A stretch of DNA of 64,000 bases from Abditibacterium sp. (GTDB lineage Bacteria > Armatimonadota > Abditibacteriia > Abditibacteriales > Abditibacteriaceae), in contig CBDASK010000003.1 in NCBI GenBank assembly GCA_965199495.1, positions 1,184,001 through 1,248,000 of the forward strand. Direction: 5' to 3'. The translations under genes were made by a program, and so were the position numbers. The notes under the pieces were generated by a model that was given only the letters and a program-made list of their open reading frames with translations, had not been told where the DNA came from and searched no databases. Positions 61,101 through 64,000 of the stretch are shown here, one piece after another; the first letter of the stretch is position 1, and every line of letters starts with the position of its first letter.

Positions 61101-62778
61101 CACGCCGCTGCGCATCCGCCGTTTTGCGCCCAGTTCGGTCGCTGATGTCAAGTTCAAAAACGGCGAGAGCGCGCGCGTGGTCTCGCCGTTCGCGGCAGAG
61201 GGCGCGAATGCGGCGATAGGTTTCGAGCACGAAGTGGACGGCGTGGCTTTCACTTGCCGCTTCTCGCCCGAACTGCTGGCGGAAGTCAGAGAGCGCAATG
61301 GCGCGACGCTGCGAACCGCCTGGTTGCGCGACCAAATCGAGACCGATGCGATTTTGCTCGAACACGGCAACATCTTCCTGCTGGGCTGGTTGGCGCAGGT
61401 CTTCGCGTCCATCGTGCTCGCGCACGCCCTGGTTGAAGGATGCTCTTTGGAGGAGGCCGTTAACTATTTTCGCAGCCATCCCTGGGAGAGCGCGGTCGAG
61501 CAGTCTTTGAGCGTGATCTTTGGTGTGCTGGCGGTGGCAGCAGACGACAGCGATTTGGACGATGAAGGCGACGATGAAGCGAACGACTCGTCCGCCTCGC
61601 GCCCACGACTTTATCTGGCCTTGCGCGAATTGACGGCGTTGCAAGAGGTGCGCGACCGACTGTTGGAGCTTGCGCCCTGCTTGTGGCAAGACCCCGATTC
61701 CACCTGGGACGATTGGCTGCGCCAGCGCCTCAAGGCCACTTTGGGCGGCGCGTTGCTGCAAGCGTGCTACGCCGCCACGCCAAACGTCGGCAACGAAGAT
61801 TTACTGCTCGATTTGGAGAGCGGTGTGCCGGTGGAGTGGGCGCCCCATCCGTGCAACGAGGGCGAAGAAATTCTGTGGATTTCGGAAGACGTGATGGGCG
61901 GCGCGGGCGTGATCGAGGCGTTGCAGCGCGAGTATATCTCCGATGCGCGCCGCTTTTTCCTGCTCGTCGAAGCGGCGCTTGCGCCCTCGGACTTCGAGGT
62001 CGTTGACGCCCAGTTGACTCAGATCGTCGCGCTCTCGCAAAGCGCGCCCGACGTGGCTGGTGCGATGGACGCCGTGCGGCAGGCCACTTCCAACGCGGAA
62101 CTCGATCTCGCGCGCCGAGACTTGATGGAAACGCTACGGGCGCAGCACGTCGTCGTCAATCATCCGGTGATGACGGCTCTGGCCGCGCGTCTGCTGAGGC
62201 CTGGCAGTTCGCCCGACACCGACGAACTTTTGGGCCATCTCATCAGGCGTTGGGACGAAGAAGAGGCTAATCTGGGCATCGAAATAGACGCTCGTATCTT
62301 CGCTTATCTGGCGGCGGTGGACGCCGACATTACCACGCGTTTGGAGGACATCTTGACGAGATTAAGCGGAGGAACCAGCGCCCAGCAGTTGCAGCGACGC
62401 TATACCGTGCTCTACGGCTTGCTATGGCCGCGCGGCGCGGTCTTGCGCGAGCGCACCTTGGAGTCGTGGAACCCTTACGCGCCCCCTCGGCGCGGCGATG
62501 CGGCGCTGTTGCGAGAACTCCTGCGCGAGCGCAAAACGCCTGTTCTCATCAGTCGCCCCTATTGGGAAGACGAGGCGCAGTTGCAACTGCGCGAACGCGG
62601 TGAAGTTCTGCTGCGCTCCGACTCCGCGCAGGCCCACGAACTTCAAATCGCCATCCGCCAGTTTCTGCTGGTGCCAATCGAGGCCGGTTTTCTGCGCCTG
62701 TATCCGCACCTGTTGCGCCTGGAAAATACGCTCGATGGTTGGGTGGGCACGCTGCATCTGCCCGATGCCCTTCAATGA
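58123..62778 (+). CDS. dpdJ: DEAD/DEAH helicase DpdJ
   Basis: E..LL.WG, RTRFAE, GTGTGKT.AFY.P, YPRNELLKDQ, LDEVHTY, TASLEVG..DP.VGAV.QHKAP, QRKGRAGR. Confidence 0.9.
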   Translation: MSLFQADPNQNLAVELLDRLEAREYELLTWGFLDGGFSREELEEHAEQVLDAHSVYHIGADDLIESLREGKLLFEFNLDQRILWRTRFAEAIRLFARLRQIFKADGWAIAPSLVSDFRLSVRPRRYPLRNILPAQVQQDLTRAIAPRSMQPIERAALNALTQGAGGEPLQLSRFQVEAAAQLLSAGDGQARGTIVCAGTGTGKTIAFYLPTLIQIARTMSAEAFWVQALAIYPRNELLKDQFTEAYGQARKLDALTQNRQGRKILIGAFYGDTPNNAAGARYKWKKSNVSNSNVYICPMLRCPICDGDLAWRDADITLGNEELHCLTSGCAGGTRADEVVLTRQRMQGGKDRPAQVPDILFTSTEMLNRSMSSTWNRPLFGVDVPTERAVKFVLLDEVHTYGGTHGAQVALLLRRWKKAAGAAPHFVGLSATLADPQAFFADITGLPLGRVAPIAVGEALEAEGKEYQLVLRGDPVSGTSLLSTSIQAAMLLARVMEPPGGEADELWGQRVFAFTDDLDVTNRLFHNTLDAEGRNSQGRIKAGRNGQPADPPLASLRSESQPAPAERMLEGQNWKICEEIGHDLGDAVSSPGDSARLRVGRTSSQDAGVDARSQLIVATASLEVGFNDPTVGAVMQHKAPRDAASFLQRKGRAGRRRRTRPWTVVVLSDYGRDRLTYQNYDQLFDPVLEKPSLPIDNRYVLRIQATYAFMDWMADKLKRGYRGSVWEDFTDPSDNRYEAERQENEVNIIRGILDSDGPLRRELAEHLRQSLQISADEVRAVMWEPPRALMTAVLPTLLRRLSYRWRVLGRPNEFDLKSDNAPLPEFVTANLFSDLNTPEVMITAPRQFKKADDEDYQETMPLSQALRACAPGRALRRFASQSIADNHWIEPAALESGEYSLEIGQFCRAERRENLGEFEAYIEGNAASFSCWRPQEMQLQQVPNEIRNTSNAQLQWHSQFLPPALPNADCDVPQGSLWNEWIRAVRFYTHNERTPLRIRRFAPSSVADVKFKNGESARVVSPFAAEGANAAIGFEHEVDGVAFTCRFSPELLAEVRERNGATLRTAWLRDQIETDAILLEHGNIFLLGWLAQVFASIVLAHALVEGCSLEEAVNYFRSHPWESAVEQSLSVIFGVLAVAADDSDLDDEGDDEANDSSASRPRLYLALRELTALQEVRDRLLELAPCLWQDPDSTWDDWLRQRLKATLGGALLQACYAATPNVGNEDLLLDLESGVPVEWAPHPCNEGEEILWISEDVMGGAGVIEALQREYISDARRFFLLVEAALAPSDFEVVDAQLTQIVALSQSAPDVAGAMDAVRQATSNAELDLARRDLMETLRAQHVVVNHPVMTALAARLLRPGSSPDTDELLGHLIRRWDEEEANLGIEIDARIFAYLAAVDADITTRLEDILTRLSGGTSAQQLQRRYTVLYGLLWPRGAVLRERTLESWNPYAPPRRGDAALLRELLRERKTPVLISRPYWEDEAQLQLRERGEVLLRSDSAQAHELQIAIRQFLLVPIEAGFLRLYPHLLRLENTLDGWVGTLHLPDALQ

Positions 62779-62852
62779 AAAGGCGCGATGGATGACAAAG
62801 TTGGCGACAAGAGGATAAAAAGAATGAATTTAGACAGACTCAAGGTGAAATT

Positions 62853-63389
62853 ATGTCCGTAACCATCAGAGAATTTCGGCGCACAGGCGTTGACCAATCG
62901 CTGGCGCAACTGCTCTCATCGGTTCTCGCCAGCGAGCTTTTGTGGCCCAGCAAGCGGCTCTGGCTGGTGTCGCCCTGGATCGGCGACATCGCCATTTTGG
63001 ACAACTCGACGGGCGCTTACGGCACGGTCGTGCCTGAATGGGAGCGTGCGGCGGTGCGCTTGTCGCAGGTGCTGATCTACTTGGCAAGTCAGGGCACCGA
63101 AGTCGTGGTCGCCCTGCGCGGCAAAGATCCCAATAACGCGCAGTTTCAAGCGGCGTTAAGCGAAGTTGTGAGCGCCCCTTCGAGTCGTATTCGGATCTTT
63201 AGCGAGCGACGTTTGCACGAAAAAGGCATGCTCGGCGACGGGTTTTATTTGAAAGGCTCCTTCAATTTTACCTGGAGCGGCATGCAAATCAATGAAGAAA
63301 TGGTCTCCTTCGTGACCGATCCCAGCCAAATCGCTGAAGCGCGCGTTGACTTCGCCGAGCGTTGGAAAAAAGAGGACGACTCATCATGA
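62853..63389 (+). CDS. dpdK: PLD-like nuclease DpdK
   Basis: ELL.PS..LWLVSPWI.D..ILDN; LHEKGMLGD....GS.NFT.SG...NEE. Confidence 0.88.
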   Translation: MSVTIREFRRTGVDQSLAQLLSSVLASELLWPSKRLWLVSPWIGDIAILDNSTGAYGTVVPEWERAAVRLSQVLIYLASQGTEVVVALRGKDPNNAQFQAALSEVVSAPSSRIRIFSERRLHEKGMLGDGFYLKGSFNFTWSGMQINEEMVSFVTDPSQIAEARVDFAERWKKEDDSS

Positions 63390-64000
63390 CGCCACAAGAA
63401 CAGGCTCAGGCCACCAAAGACGCCTTAGTTACCGAATTCTTCGGGGTAGCCAACAAAATCAAGCGCGCCGATTTGGGCCGCGCTCATCCCGTTCCGCAGT
63501 GCGCTGCGTTGTGGATCGCGTTGCTCGACCATCCCGACGATAACGGGTTGCTGCCGACCACGATTCTGCCACGCCAAAAGCCGACGGGCGGACGGACGCA
63601 GTGGTACGGCGTAGCCTTTTCCTTGGCGCAGAGCCGAGACTTTCGCGAGCAGTTGACGGCGTTCGTGGGGCCGACGCTCTCGACGTATCGCGGTCACGCG
63701 TTTCCCCTCGATAGCTCCGATGCAGCGGAAAACGCCATTATTGAAGCGACGGGCTTGCCCAACGCTCCGGCCCAATTCGCTGCGATAGACAAAGAGAGCG
63801 GGCGCGAACTGGTTGCCGCGCTCTCTTTGATGGCCAACGTCCGAGCGGGCGCCGAGATGCGCGGGGTTGAGCAGGTCGTGGCGACCGGACGCGTCTTGCG
63901 CCGCTTCGAGTTGGCCCTACGCGCCGGACGCCGCGATGAAGCCGAATCGCATCTGGCTTATCTGCGCCGCCATCATCGGCTCGACCGGCTCAACCTGCAG
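63386..64000 (+). CDS. dpdD: DpdD (5' part, runs off window)
   Basis: ATG at 63386 overlapping the dpdK stop (ATGA); MTPQEQ...EFFGVAN...LP....WY.......LTAFVGPT; not in the ORF track, consistent with being open-ended. Confidence 0.72.
   Translation, partial: MTPQEQAQATKDALVTEFFGVANKIKRADLGRAHPVPQCAALWIALLDHPDDNGLLPTTILPRQKPTGGRTQWYGVAFSLAQSRDFREQLTAFVGPTLSTYRGHAFPLDSSDAAENAIIEATGLPNAPAQFAAIDKESGRELVAALSLMANVRAGAEMRGVEQVVATGRVLRRFELALRAGRRDEAESHLAYLRRHHRLDRLNLQ

Overview
Bacterial accessory region. The host is probably Abditibacteriota/Armatimonadota, judged from the DUF1559-type prepilin gene (inference). Left (1-11 kb): a minus-strand defence block of PLD nuclease, SNF2 helicase and a >1350-aa N6-adenine methyltransferase that runs off the window. 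The methyltransferase carries an unexpected N-terminal HEPN-like RNase domain. A divergent GNAT-PIN-ASCH-like / ASCH gene pair follows. At 12.5-13.0 kb lies the orphan 3' half of comM/yifB, broken exactly at the NP|CPCG motif, a known serine-integrase hotspot. Immediately beyond it is a candidate ADP-ribosyltransferase toxin-antitoxin pair. 14.6-23.6 kb is a general-stress/redox cluster (DUF4142, catalase-like, TMEM175, GlcG/HbpS, two Zn-dehydrogenases, SDR, SRPBCC) with REPIN-like and 21-bp tandem repeats. 26-41 kb is an integrative element with a large serine recombinase and a 27-bp perfect hairpin. It also holds several mobile-element proteins with apparently degenerate active sites (IS481-like, IstB/DnaC-like, TOPRIM of a primase-helicase), XRE regulators and membrane proteins. 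41.4-47.1 kb is a lexA-imuB-small ORF-dnaE2 mutagenesis cassette. It is transcribed divergently from a dpdEFGHIJK-D (7-deazaguanine modification-associated restriction) cluster, which runs off the right edge. No rRNA, tRNA or CRISPR array was seen. All calls are from motif reading by eye, without database searches.
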